The translations under genes and the position numbers were made by a program. A model generated the notes under the pieces. The model saw only the letters and a program-made list of their open reading frames with translations, ran no database searches and was not told the origin of the DNA. Shown in pieces: positions 27,435-39,898 of a DNA stretch of 64,000 nt (the stretch's first letter is position 1; every line of letters starts with the position of its first letter). This DNA comes from the human T2T-CHM13v2.0 reference genome, Homo sapiens, in NCBI RefSeq assembly GCF_009914755.1, contig NC_060944.1; one strand, written 5' to 3'.

Positions 27435-28109
27435 GGCAGGGAGAGGCAGCCTCGGAGACCTCTGGGGGCACCAAGCAGGGCTTCCACCCTAGCCTGAGGA
27501 GGGAGAGTACCTTTAGGCAGAGGACTACCTGTGAGTCAGGATTCCAGGGACAGTGTGCAGGCTGTGTCCTTAGGGGGACACATGTAAGTGGCCAGGAGGG
27601 GCTGCAGTTGGGGTCTGGGCAGAACCAGAGCCTGCAGACTTTGGATGCCGAGCCTGGGAGCCTGATTTTGACCCTGAGGGCTGGTAGTTTCCCAATGAGG
27701 CCCAAGTACGGGAGCTTCCTGAAGGCCCCAGGCAGCCCGGAGTAGGGAAAATGGGATCCTTCCCCTGCCTGCCACCAGAGCTGCTAGAGCAGAGTGTTCC
27801 CTGAGCATCTACTATGTGCATGGTGTTGCTCTAGCTGCCGGGACATGGCAGTGAACAGACTAGAATCTCCTGCCTTTAACTAGAATCTCCATCTTCAATT
27901 CTAGTTGGAGTACAGATGATACACAGAAATAAAATGAGCAAACATGTAATAGGGGAGTGATGAGTGGTAAGGAGAAATATGAGGTAGAGAAAAGGGAACT
28001 GAGAGAGGGTGGGGGAGAAGGGAGGGCCTCACTGAGGAGGTGACATTGGAGCCGAGGTTTGAAGGAGTTGAAGATGCGGGGAGGGATATTCTGGGAACAA
28101 GTTCAGGGG

Positions 28110-28720
28110 ATTTTTGTTTTCTTTCTCTCTTTCTTTCTTTCTTTTCCTTTTTTTTTTTTTTTTTTTTTTGAGATGGAGTCTTGCTCTGTCACCCAGGCTG
28201 GAGTGCAGTGGCGTGATCATAGCCCACTGCAGCCTTGAACTCCTGGGCCCCAGCGATCTTCCCACTCTAGGAGATTTTTATTGTAAATCCACTGCTGCAG
28301 TGAGCCCAGGGAAGCCAGTAGAGGCTTTAATAAAATTCTGGTAAAATATACATAACAGAAAGTTTCCCATTTTCCCCATTTGTAAGTATATGGTTCAGCC
28401 GCATCAAGAACATTCAGGCTGCTGTGCAGCCATCACCACCATCCAGTCCAGAAATTGTTCATCATCTGAAACAGAAACTGTGCCTGTTCAATAGCAACTC
28501 CCTTCCCCTGCCCCCAGCCCCTGGCAACCCCCATTCTGCTTTCTGTCTCTGTGAGTTTGAATCACACCATATTTGTCTTTCTGTGACTGGCCTGTTTCAT
28601 TCAGCATAATGTCCTCAAGGTTCATCTATTTGCGGCGTGTGTCAGAATTTCCCTCCTTTTTAAGGCTGAATACTACTCCATTGCACAGATGGACTAGATT
28701 TTGTTACTCCATTCATCACT
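28110..28720 (-). mobile_element. Partial antisense Alu monomer (~28110-28265) and antisense L1M fragment (~28340-28720)
   Basis: Alu right-arm motifs; cagcataatgtcctcaaggttcatc L1 motif. Confidence 0.75.
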
Positions 28721-30264
28721 GGAGGTTTCTGAGTAGGGAGCATCACAGTGTGATCTAGTGAGAGGTGGGGCCGGGCTGAGGGGTGACCAAGGGTTCAGTG
28801 GGGCCACGTTGGTTCTCACTGTGCCTCCCTCTAGCCTCAGCTCTGCCTTGGTTTTCCTGAATAGAGCTGCCCCTGCCACCAGTCCCCAAGGGGAGTCCTG
28901 CTTTCACTCTGATGGGTATGCTGAGGACCAATCTCTGCAGGCATCCTGGAGGAGGCAGCCTCCCACCAGAGATTTGAAGGTTGGAAGGGCAGGGAGGGCT
29001 GTGCAGAGGGAGACAGGAGATTCAGGGCTGGACCAGGGGGTCTGGGATGGGGAATCTGGGCTCAGAGATGGAGGGAGCTGGGGGCTGCCTGTGCTGGATG
29101 AGCCCCTGTGGCTTGCCTGAGTCCCACTGGCTCCCAGGAGCCATGGGAGCACCAGAGGAAATGAGCACAGAGAAGAGCTAGAGGACCGGTGGGTGAGGGG
29201 CTGCAGGGCCCACGCGTGAGTAAAATACAGATGCGCCCAATGCATAATCTGATGAGGCGACAAGGAAGCAACTTTAGCCATCTTTCTGGAGATGATAGGG
29301 TGTTTGAGCTAGGAGGTGAGAGAAAGGAGTGCTGTTTATTGAGCACCTACTATGTGCCGTGAGGCGTGAGGCACATGTTGTCTTGTGTCATCCTCTCATC
29401 AGCCCTCTCATTCTCCCCTTTTTCCAGATAAAGGAACCGAGGCTCTGAGAAGCAAAGTGGTTTGCCCAGGTCACACAGCTAGGGAGTAGGGGAAATAGAG
29501 TTTGAACCCAGGCCTGAAGGCAAAACTCTAAGAGGTTCATGCTGAACCAGGGTCTGGGAGGTTAGGGAGGTCAGGTCCCTGGTCTCAAACGGCAGGCCAG
29601 GTCCTCCAGGTCATCTCCTGCCTTTCCCAGAAGCCAAACCCAGTGGCTCCGGCCAGAGCCACAGAGCCATTTCCTGCAGCTGATGCACCGATAATCAGGC
29701 CTGGGGTTAATTAATACATCGCACCCCCAATTAAAAGCAGAAAGAAAGAAGATGTTGCATTCAATCAAGTCCCATTCTCCTTCTCCTGCAGAATCCTAAT
29801 TTGTGGACACCAGTTTTAATTGTCTTCCCAGCGAGCCCAGCCCAGCTCAGGCCCTGAGGCTGGAGAAGACAATTGCATCCTTCTCAAAAATCTGTAACTA
29901 TACCAGCCTCCCTGGGGACTGGCTGCAAGGAGTTACCTGAGCAGGGAGGGGGGCTCAGGGGCCGGGTAAGTCAAAGAGGAGAGATGGATTCTATGTCCCA
30001 GACTCAGCAGTGATGCTCACATGGGGATTAGGGTCTGGGTAGCTGGAGGGAAAGAGTATGGGTAGGGGGCCGGGTTACAGGCTTCCACTTAGAGCCCTCT
30101 AGAACTGGGTTCAGTTTCACCATTTACTCAGTCTGTGGCCTTGGGCAAGTCACTGACCCTCTCTGAGCTTCAGCCTCCCTATCTGAAAAGGGGGATAATA
30201 ATGATCACACCCACTCCATAGCATCATGGTGGGAACACGAGAAAATGTATGTAAAGAGCTTGCA

Positions 30265-30912
<648 letters not shown>

Positions 30913-32369
30913 AGAGCTAGGCACGGTGCCTGGCACAAAACAAATAGTCTTTATTTCTTAGAGATTATCAGTACATCATCATAATCAGCAGCAGCAGCAG
31001 CAGCATCAAAATACACATCAATCTGTGTATTTTCCAGTTTCTGGTGCTGGTGCAGTATCCTCACTCAGAGTTAGGAGAGGGAGGAAGACCCTGTTGCTGA
31101 TTGAGCTGCCTGCTTTCAGTGGGGGTGAGAGGAACTGAGCTCCCCATCTCTGGAGGTGTGCAAGTGGGATGCGGAAGTGTGGAGCCTAGCAGCTGAATTT
31201 TACCTGATAACTCAGACCAAATCCTGGTAGGGGCTGGCAGACCCGTGGATCTTGGTCACAACTGCCAGTCAGACCAATGTTTAAAATCCATCTCTGTGTG
31301 AATCTTGGGCAAGTCATTTTACTTTCCGAGCCTCAATTTCCTCATCTGTCAAGTGGGAGTGGGTGAGAGTGTTAGAGACAATGTCTGCATGGTGTTGGGC
31401 ACACAATAGATGCTCAGGAAAGGAAATGGATTTTTTTTTTAAACGAAGCTTTCTTTCCTGCCTCCCTACCTTTGCTCACAGGGTTCCTGCTTCCTGACAT
31501 TTTCAGGCCTGCCTCTGCTTGTCAATATCCACCCATCCTTCAAGGCCCCTCCTCTCCCATGTGGAAGTGACCCTTTCCCTTCCCAATGCCCAAGGCTCTG
31601 CCCTTAGGACATCTATCACTTTCTCCTTCTGATGATCTGAGCTGGTGGGGCTCTCAGGACCATCAGGACTAACCCGAACTGTACAGAGGAGCAGAGGCTC
31701 AGAGAGGGGAGAGAGTCTCTGGAAGTCACACAGCAAGTCTGTCGGCAGAAACAGGCTCCGTCCTCCATCCTTGGCTCCCAGTCCAATGCTCCCGGCACTT
31801 ACCTACGTCCACAGCGGGCTTCTCCCTCCGGGGCAGCTTGGGGTGGAGGTCGGGACAGGCCTTGGTGCTGCTGACTGTGAACAGGGAGGCCCAGATTTGT
31901 CGTCAGATGCCCAGAGCCTTGAGTTTCCCACTTGTCCTGTGGACACACTGCCTCCTTCACTACCGAGGTCAGAGTCAAAAGGTCCCTGAGGGTGCCTCCC
32001 CTAACCCACCGCCCGTAGGCAGCTCCTGGCCAGCTCTGGGGATCAGAGAAGCCCTGGGACCACAGCCCCTCTATGGAGTGGGAGAGCTGGTGGCCACACC
32101 CACAGCTAACTCGCTTGGCTCCCATGAGGCCTTGAACCTGCTTCTCTCCCTGTCCTCCTACCTGAAGCCCCTCCCTGCTCCCGGCTCTACTACCTAGCCT
32201 ACTGGGGCTAAGGCGAGGGCAACACCTCCTCCAGGAAGCCTTTCCCGATTGCCTCCAGCTGGGTGAAATGCCTCTGCTGTGCCTGCCCAGGCCTTTGCAC
32301 TCAGAATGAAACAGACTCCCTACCCTGCCCCACAGGACTCTGCAAGGTTGGCCATTTGAGATTGAGCCC

Positions 32370-32671
<302 letters not shown>

Positions 32672-32701
32672 CGGGACTGAGCCTTTTTAAGAAATATTTA
32701 G

Positions 32702-32866
32702 GGCCAGGCGCGGTGGCTCACACCTGTAATCCCAGCACTGTAATCCCAGCTACTTGGGAGGCTGAGGCTTGAACCCGGGAGGCAGAGGTTGCAGTGAGCC
32801 GAGATCATGCCAGCACTCTAGCCTGGCGAAAGAGCAAGACTCCATCTAAAAAAAGAAAGAAAAAAG
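32702..32866 (+). mobile_element. Internally deleted Alu
   Basis: Left-arm ctgtaatcccagca joined directly to right-arm ctgtaatcccagcta; TSD agaaatatttagg. Confidence 0.85.
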
Positions 32867-32874
32867 AGAAATAT

Positions 32875-32953
32875 TTAGGTTGGCGCAAAAGTAATTGCGG
32901 TTTTGACCATTACTTTTCATGGCAAACCTGCAATTACTTTTGCACTAACCTAT
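32875..32953. mobile_element. MADE1 mariner MITE
   Basis: ~80 bp near-palindrome ttaggttggcgcaaaagtaattgc...gcaattacttttgcactaaccta. Confidence 0.92.
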
Positions 32954-33149
32954 AGCTCTACCAGCACAAGGCATTTGGACACTCTGGGAAGAGCATGGAC
33001 TTGGGCGTCACAGAGGGCTGGTTTCAAATCCAGACTCTACTATGTGGCCGTGGAAGGGTTACTCCCTGGCACTGGGCCTTGGCTGCCTGGTCTGAGCCAT
33101 GCGGACATGTGATGGGGGGACCTGAAGCTGGCAGAGCTCACTCACCACC

Positions 33150-33760
33150 TGCTAAGATGTCAAACACATGTGGCCACTGAGCCCTGGGAATGGCAGGACT
33201 GAAAGGTGCCATGAACATGTAAAATGCACTCCAGTTTTCCATGACTTAACACAAAAAAGAGTGGAACATGTCTCATTAGTAATTTCTTTTTTCCAAGACG
33301 GAGTCTTGCTGTTGCCCAGGCTGGAGTGCAGTGACACAATCTCGGCTCACTGCGCCTCCTCCTCCCGGGTTCAAGTGGCTCTCCTGCCTTAGCCTCCCAA
33401 GTAGCTGGGACTACAGGCACATGCCACCACACCCAGCTAATTTTTGTATTTTTAGTAGAGATGAGGTTTTGCCATGTTGGCCAGGCTGGTCTTGAACTCC
33501 TGACCTTAGGTGATCTGCCTGCCTCGGTCCCCCAAAATGCTGGGATTACAGGCATGAGCCACCGTGCCCGGCCTCATTAATAATTTTCATTACATGTTCA
33601 AATAATTTTTTGATATCTTGGCTTAAATAAAATACATTATTAAAATTAATTAATTTCACGTGTTTTTTTTTACTTTCCTTTCATGTGGCTCCCAGGAGAT
33701 GGAATATTCCATGCGCGCCTTGCAGTGTGGCTTGCATTCTGTTTCTGTTGGACAGCGAGG
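33150..33760. mobile_element. MER33-like hAT element interrupted by an antisense Alu (~33282-33573)
   Basis: Similar to 958-1284; Alu TSD ctcattagtaattt / ctcattaataattt. Confidence 0.7.
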
Positions 33761-34776
33761 CCCTAGATGGCCACTTCTGGTGTCCCGGTGGAGAAGTGGC
33801 CGTGTGGCGGGGTCCTCCCCTGTGCTCCTGCCCACCCCAGGCTGCCATGCCATGCCAGGGCCCAGAAGGTGTCTGGGGATAAGAGGGTCTCTCCTGGCTG
33901 AACCCGGGCTGCTGAGTTACCCTATACTAGCCCCTGCCCTCTCTGAGCCTTGCCTTCTGCATGAGTAGGAAGAGCTGGTGGGCCAGAGTCAGGGTTTTCT
34001 GTCGGTTGGCAGGGGCGGGGGGGCCGTGGGCAGGAGGAGACTGAGTGGGGATGAATTGGAGGCCTGGCCCTTTCCGAGGAGACCCCAGCGGAGCCTCCAC
34101 CCAAGGGCGGCCCTCTCTGTTCTCCTCCCACTCATGAGACGCACACACATTGTCTCCCGTGCCCCCGCCCACCACACATGGTTCCCACCTCACCCGTGTC
34201 TGGGAGAAGGAGGCATGCAGTGGCTGAGTCACACTGGCTGGGTCCGAGGGCTGGCTTCAGCCTTTCTTGCTCTGTGTTCTGCATTGAGCAAGTTCCCTGA
34301 TAGTTCTGCAGCCATTTCCCCACTGGAAGAGGGGAAGTGGAGGCACTCTCTGATTTCCGTGGCTCAGGCAATGGCACCTGGAGAGGCCACAGCCGTGTCC
34401 CTCCACTGTCTTTTGACCAGCCAGGGTCACACTGGTGGTCATACCAGATCCAACCAGGGTCCTCACCCCTCTCCTCATGTTTGCAAATGCCCCTGGTGCC
34501 CTGGTGCCCTGCTGCTGGGCAGGAGGGATGTGAATCAAGGCAGAATCCGCCATCCTGGGGGAGGGACAAGCAACCCACTAGAATCACCTCTTCGGCTCTT
34601 CCCGTGCAGGCTCCTCACTATCTCCTTGTGTTCCGCTCAAGGTGGCAAGTGGGTGTCAGGGAAGACTCCAAGGGCGAGACCTGCCCAGGACTCTCAGGCA
34701 GGGTCCCCCTAGCTCTGGACCCTGCTCCACCACTGCCCAGCCAAGGTGTTTATTCATCATTCAAAAAGCACTTATT

Positions 34777-35072
34777 GGCTGGGCGTGGTGGCTTATACCT
34801 TACCTGTAATCTCAGCACTTTGGGAGGCCAAGGCGGGGAGATTGCTTAAGCCCAGGAGTTCAAGTCCAGCCTGGGCAAAAAGCAAGACCGTGTCTCTACA
34901 AAAAATTTGAAAAACTAGTTGGGCATGGTGGCTCGTGCCTGTAGTTCCAGCTACTCGGGGGGCTGAGGTGAGAGGATTGCTTGTGCCCCGGAGGTCAAGG
35001 CTGCCGCAAGCCTTGAATGCACCACTGCACTCCAGCCTAGACAACAGAGCGAGACCCTGTCTCAAAAATAAA
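34777..35072 (+). mobile_element. AluJ-like, inserted in an L2 region
   Basis: Alu dimer; flanking tttattgagcacctgctatgtgccagg L2 end motif. Confidence 0.88.
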
Positions 35073-35166
35073 ATGTATTTATTGAGCACCTGCTATGTGC
35101 CAGGTACTGCTGCAGGAGCTGGGAGGGAAGGCTGACAATAAACATACATAAAATAGGCATATTAGC

Positions 35167-35368
35167 TGTGCTGTCCAATACAATAGCCATTACCTGCAAG
35201 TGGCTATTAACATTTATGTTTACATGAATTAAAATTAAATAAAATTTAAAATTCAGGTCCTCAGTCACATTTCAAGTGCTCAGCAGACACAGGTGACTGC
35301 TAGCTACTGTACTAGCTCAGTTACAGGACACCCTCCTCATGGCAGAAAGTCCTGTTGGCCAGTGCTGA
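35167..35368. mobile_element. MER3-like hAT element
   Basis: ctgtgctgtccaata ... ttggccagtgctg termini, AT-rich core. Confidence 0.7.
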
Positions 35369-35399
35369 TGATGGCGTTGGAGGGAAGGGTGGTTTGAAG

Positions 35400-36180
35400 T
35401 GCCGGGTTTAAATGAGGTGGTCAGGGCAGGCCTCCCTAAGGAAGCGGACTTTGAGCAGGGTCCTGTGGCAGGAGAGGGAGGGAGCCATGTGAGGGAAGGC
35501 AGTTCCAGGGGAGTCTGAGGAAAGGGTGTTCCAGGCAGAGGAATCAGCAGGTGCAAAGGTCTTGAGGTGGAATCTCAACTGGGATGCCTGGGGAAGGAGC
35601 TGAAAGGAGGCCACTGTGGCAGGAGTAGGAGCAGGGAGTCAGGCAGAGGCCAACACTGGAGGGAATGGCCTCCCATGGAAGGCCCTGTCAGCCATCTGGA
35701 GTGCAGTGGTGCGTTCAAGGCTTGCTGCAGCCTTGACCTCCTGGGCACGAGCAATCCTTTTAGCTGGGCATGGTGGCTCATACCTATAATCCCAGCACTT
35801 TGGGAAGCAGAGGCAGTGAGGACTGTGGCTGTTACTGTGGGTAGGAGAACGCCCTGGGAGAGTGGTGAGTAGAGCAGGGACAGGGATGATTTATGTTTTG
35901 TCAAGGTACGTCTGGCTGCTGTGTGAAAATAGCTTGTTGGGGAGGAAGAGTGGAAGCGGGAGGCCAGTGAGGGTTCCCCACTGTTGCAGGTGAGAGAGGA
36001 TGGCAGCTTGGCCCCAGGAAGGCAGTGGAGGTGGGGAGAAGGGGCCAGATTCTGGAGGTGTCGGGAGGCAGGACCCACAGGGTTCCTTGAAGACTGAATG
36101 TGGGAAGGGAGAGTGGAGGGAGGGAGCCCAGGGTGACTAGTTTCTGGGTTGATCCCCTGGAAGGAGGGGGTGGCCCTCAC
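35400..36180 (-). mobile_element. L2 LINE fragment
   Basis: ttccaggcagagg...gtgcaaagg and ctggctgctgtgtg L2 motifs. Confidence 0.7.
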
Positions 36181-37943
36181 GGTGATGTGGGGGAGGGATC
36201 TTCCTTCCAGGTGCCTGCATTGCCTCTTACTTAGTGGGGATAAGAAGGGTCACAGCTTTGAAGTGGGCTATGTGTGATGGCGCCCCACACCATCCCTCGC
36301 AAATGTTCAGGAACTCAGACATTTATTCCTATTAACTAACCAGGCCTTGTTTACAGAACAGCGGCTGGGACTTCCAAGCCTCAGCAAGCGGGGAGCCTCC
36401 ATGAGCTGCTTTCTAAACCCTTGACCTTGAGGATTAGGGACATCTCAAACTTGCTCTCAGCCCAGAAACCCACTGTTCAAGTAGGGCTGCACATGGAAAC
36501 CCCATGAGCAGAGGAGAAACGGCAGAAGTTTCCAGATGGAGTCGTTTGTCAATTCGCATCACCTTCGGTATCCTGGGGACAGGGGGATGAGAGAGGTGGC
36601 CCCAGAGCAGGGGCCTGAATCTAGGATTTCACCTCCTAGCCCAGGACTCCCTCTTCCTCCTTCCCTAAGCTGAGCTGGGGTGGTGAGGACTCCCGGGGCT
36701 GGGAATCTGCCCCTCTGGGCCAGGGGACCCTGTTAGGTTGCAGCAGCCAGGAGGGACAGGGTGGGGGCCAGGGGATTGACAGCCACAATGTTCCTGGGTG
36801 ACCTGCACGTTGCCAGGCGTCTTTCCAGGGCGATAATCTCTCCTGAGAAGAGGAAAGAATTCTAATTACATCTCAGGACAATATTTGTTTGGGGAGACGG
36901 GAGACAGAACATATGGTGGGGAGGGGCGCTGGGCCACATGAAGTGGGGATGTTTTCTCATTTACCTGGTGGGATGGAGGATGACGGATGGGGCAGGGCTC
37001 CTGCTGGGCCAGGGGAACCGTATGCCCTGGGCTGTGGTGGAGAGCTGGGCTCTGCATGGGGCAGGAGGCAGGAGTGGCTCCCACCTCACCCTGGGTGCCC
37101 TGAGATGGTGGAGAATTCCGTACCCATTCCATCCGCCGAGCAGCTACTCTGTGCCCGCAACTGCCAGCGGCAGGAGCTCTGTGTCCCTGTCCTCCTGGAG
37201 CTGCCGCAGGCAACAGGGCAGGGCAGGAGGTGGGGGACCTTCTCGGGATCCTCAAGGAGGACCTTTCGGGTGGTGACATTTGAGCTGATCTTTGCCAGAT
37301 CTGAAGGAGCCAGCCGGGCAAAGAGGGGTGGAGGGAAGGGCATTCCGGAAGGAGAACAGCCAGAGCAAGAGTGAGGCCAGAAAGGGAGGCATGTCCACAG
37401 GACAGGGAGGAAGCCAGGGGAATGGGTGCTGATCCCCATACCTGGGGTCCCAGGGGAGGGTTCTAAGCAGGGGAGAGGCCACATCTGATTTGGTTTTGCA
37501 AAGATGGCGCTGGCCGCTGTACATGGATGCTGGAGTAACTCAGGAGGGGAACTGAGCTGGGTTACTGGAAGAACCTGGAAGAGCTGATGGAAGCGGCAGC
37601 TCCTCCCTGGCCTTCTTGCTGTCCACATCCAGCCCAGGCCTTCTCTGATCCCTGGCATGTTCTCCCACAGCGCCCGGCTGCTGGTGTGGCTCCAGGGCCG
37701 ACACCTACTCCCTCATCGCCATCTCATGTTGGCTGCTGCACACACCCTTGGCCTGCCTTGCTGAGCTTCTTGGGTGCCCAGCTGAAGCCAGACCACTCCC
37801 ACCAGCGGGCTTGCAGGTCACCCCACCCCCTCCACCCATCCCCCGCCGTGCAGGGCCAGCTGTTCCTACGTTCTCCACCTCCTTCACCCACTAGCCCCGT
37901 GGTTTCCTGAGCCCCGCCATTCTTCCCCCTGTTTCTTGCACAG

Positions 37944-38113
37944 CCCTGTTCACAGAGACACCCCATGACATGACAGCACGGACGGGCGAGGACGTGGAGA
38001 TGGCCTGCTCCTTCCGCGGCAGCGGCTCCCCCTCCTACTCGCTGGAGATCCAGTGGTGGTATGTACGGAGCCACCGGGACTGGACCGACAAGCAGGCGTG
38101 GGCCTCGAACCAG
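37944..38113 (+). CDS. VSTM2L: VSTM2L coding exon 2: N-terminal half of IgV domain (ALFTETPHDMTARTGEDVEMACSF...QWWY...WASNQ)
   Basis: Pyrimidine tract + cag acceptor at 37941-37943; CAG|gtaat donor; phase matches exon 1; Ig B-strand Cys and C-strand Trp present. Confidence 0.97.
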
Positions 38114-38699
38114 GTAATGCCCCTGGGGAGATGCCCAAGCTGGGCTGGGGAAGTCCTGGTCCCTGGGGTAGGGGTATTTCTCTGCCCCTCTTCTCCTCTG
38201 AGGGATATGGGCTCCAACGCTGTTCTCCACACCACACAGCTGTCTCCCTCCCTTCTTCCTCCTGGGGTGGGGGTTTTAGGTGATCATGGAGGCTTATTTG
38301 GGGGAACGGGCAGGAGGCAGAGCTAGGCTGAGCACGTGAAATGGCCACAGCAAGGAGGGCCTTCCAGGGCACAGAGGGCCTCCCTTCGGGGTACAGGTGA
38401 GGAAACTGAGGCCAGAGGGACAAGCTGGCTTCAGGTTATGGAGCAAGGTGGGTCTTGTGACTCACTTCCCACCACTTCTCCGGGCCACACGGGCAGCCTT
38501 TTTATAAAGAGCTCTGCAAATGCTGAGTTCACTCACAGGCACACACGCATACGTGCACCAGGCTCCCAGCACACCCTTGGCTGCACATGTGCTCACCCCT
38601 CTACACGTGCATGCTCGTATGTACACACCTGTAGAGCAGATGCTGTGGGGGCTCTGCCCCATGCCTGGTGTGCAGCGTGCTCTGGGACCAGCCAACTGC

Positions 38700-39075
38700 C
38701 AGCTCCTCTGGCTCTGCTTGAGGGTTTTCTCTGGACACAAGAGCCTGCTGGCCATCAAGGCAAGCAGGAGGAGCAGGGGACTCAATAGGCAGGAGCAGCC
38801 CCCACCAATGACCCGCAAAGTTGGAGGATGAATGCCTCAGCTCCCTCGCCCTTAGCTGGGACAACCGAAGCATATTCTTCACTGTTTCACCAAGTGCCCA
38901 GTGGGACGAAGCTCCAATTGCCTACTGTGGTAACTAACCAACAACATACCCCCCATTATTAACTTTCTTCCCTTTTTCGTTTCACTCACCTTCTCCCCTA
39001 CTTGTGTTTCCTGGGATCACCTCCCAAATAAACTACTTGACCTTTGTCTCAAGGTCAGCTCTTGGAGGAACTCCA
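38700..39075 (+). mobile_element. LTR16-like (ERVL) LTR fragment
   Basis: ctgggatcacctcccaaataaactacttg 3' motif. Confidence 0.55.
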
Positions 39076-39847
39076 TCTGAATCATTTGCATCCTTACACA
39101 TAAGTATACACTAATGAACACGCAAACATAGAGATCTGCCCACCCATTCGTATATGAACACATATATCTGCACACATTCACAAACACGCATTGGCACACT
39201 CATACACTCCCCATGTTTATGAAAGAGTGTCTCACATGTGCCCAAGGGCATATCAAACTTTGTCTTGCTCCTGGGGGTGTCAGCTCCCTGACACTTCCAG
39301 CCCTGCCACATGCAGGCTTAGAGGACTTCAGTGGCCAGAGAAAGCCCTTAGGCAAATCGTTGCAGGTATCTGCGGTTGGAAGCTTCCAGGGTCAGTTTGC
39401 AAAGGTGGGGAATGTGGGCAGGGTTCCCACAGCGTCTGCACAGACGTTCACATGGGTGACACACCTGAAGGTACAAACACACTCTCAGAGTGACTCAAGG
39501 GTACAAACATGCTCCTAGCAACATACCAAGCCAATGCTTAGATTTCTGCCTGTTCACACTCCCTCCAATATATACCAAAGCACCCTTGTGTATCTAAATG
39601 CACAAATGTGGTCAGTTTTCTACATACCTCCATTATCTTCTTTTGCTCTGACCTCACCTCCTCCCCTGAGTGGATACAGAAAGGGACCCCAACTCCAGAC
39701 TCCATGGCCCCCGAGCCTCATCTGCTGTCGTGAGAATCTTAGCGGTTGTCCGTATCCCTATAATGTGTCTCCCCACACTGCCACCCCATCCCCACCCTGT
39801 GCTAACACCTTGTCTCTGCTCTCTCCGCCCCTCCCCGATCCCAACAG

Positions 39848-39898
39848 CTAAAAGCATCTCAGCAGGAAGACGCAGGGAAGGAGGCAACCAAAATAAGT
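39848..39898 (+). CDS. VSTM2L: VSTM2L coding exon 3, 51 nt (LKASQQEDAGKEATKIS)
   Basis: Branch-like gctaac at ~39801, pyrimidine tract, aacag acceptor, AGT|gtgagt donor; phase 0-0; brings the total to 204 aa. Confidence 0.93.

Noticed and set aside
30986-31003. (CAG)6
   Set aside because: Short, intronic and common
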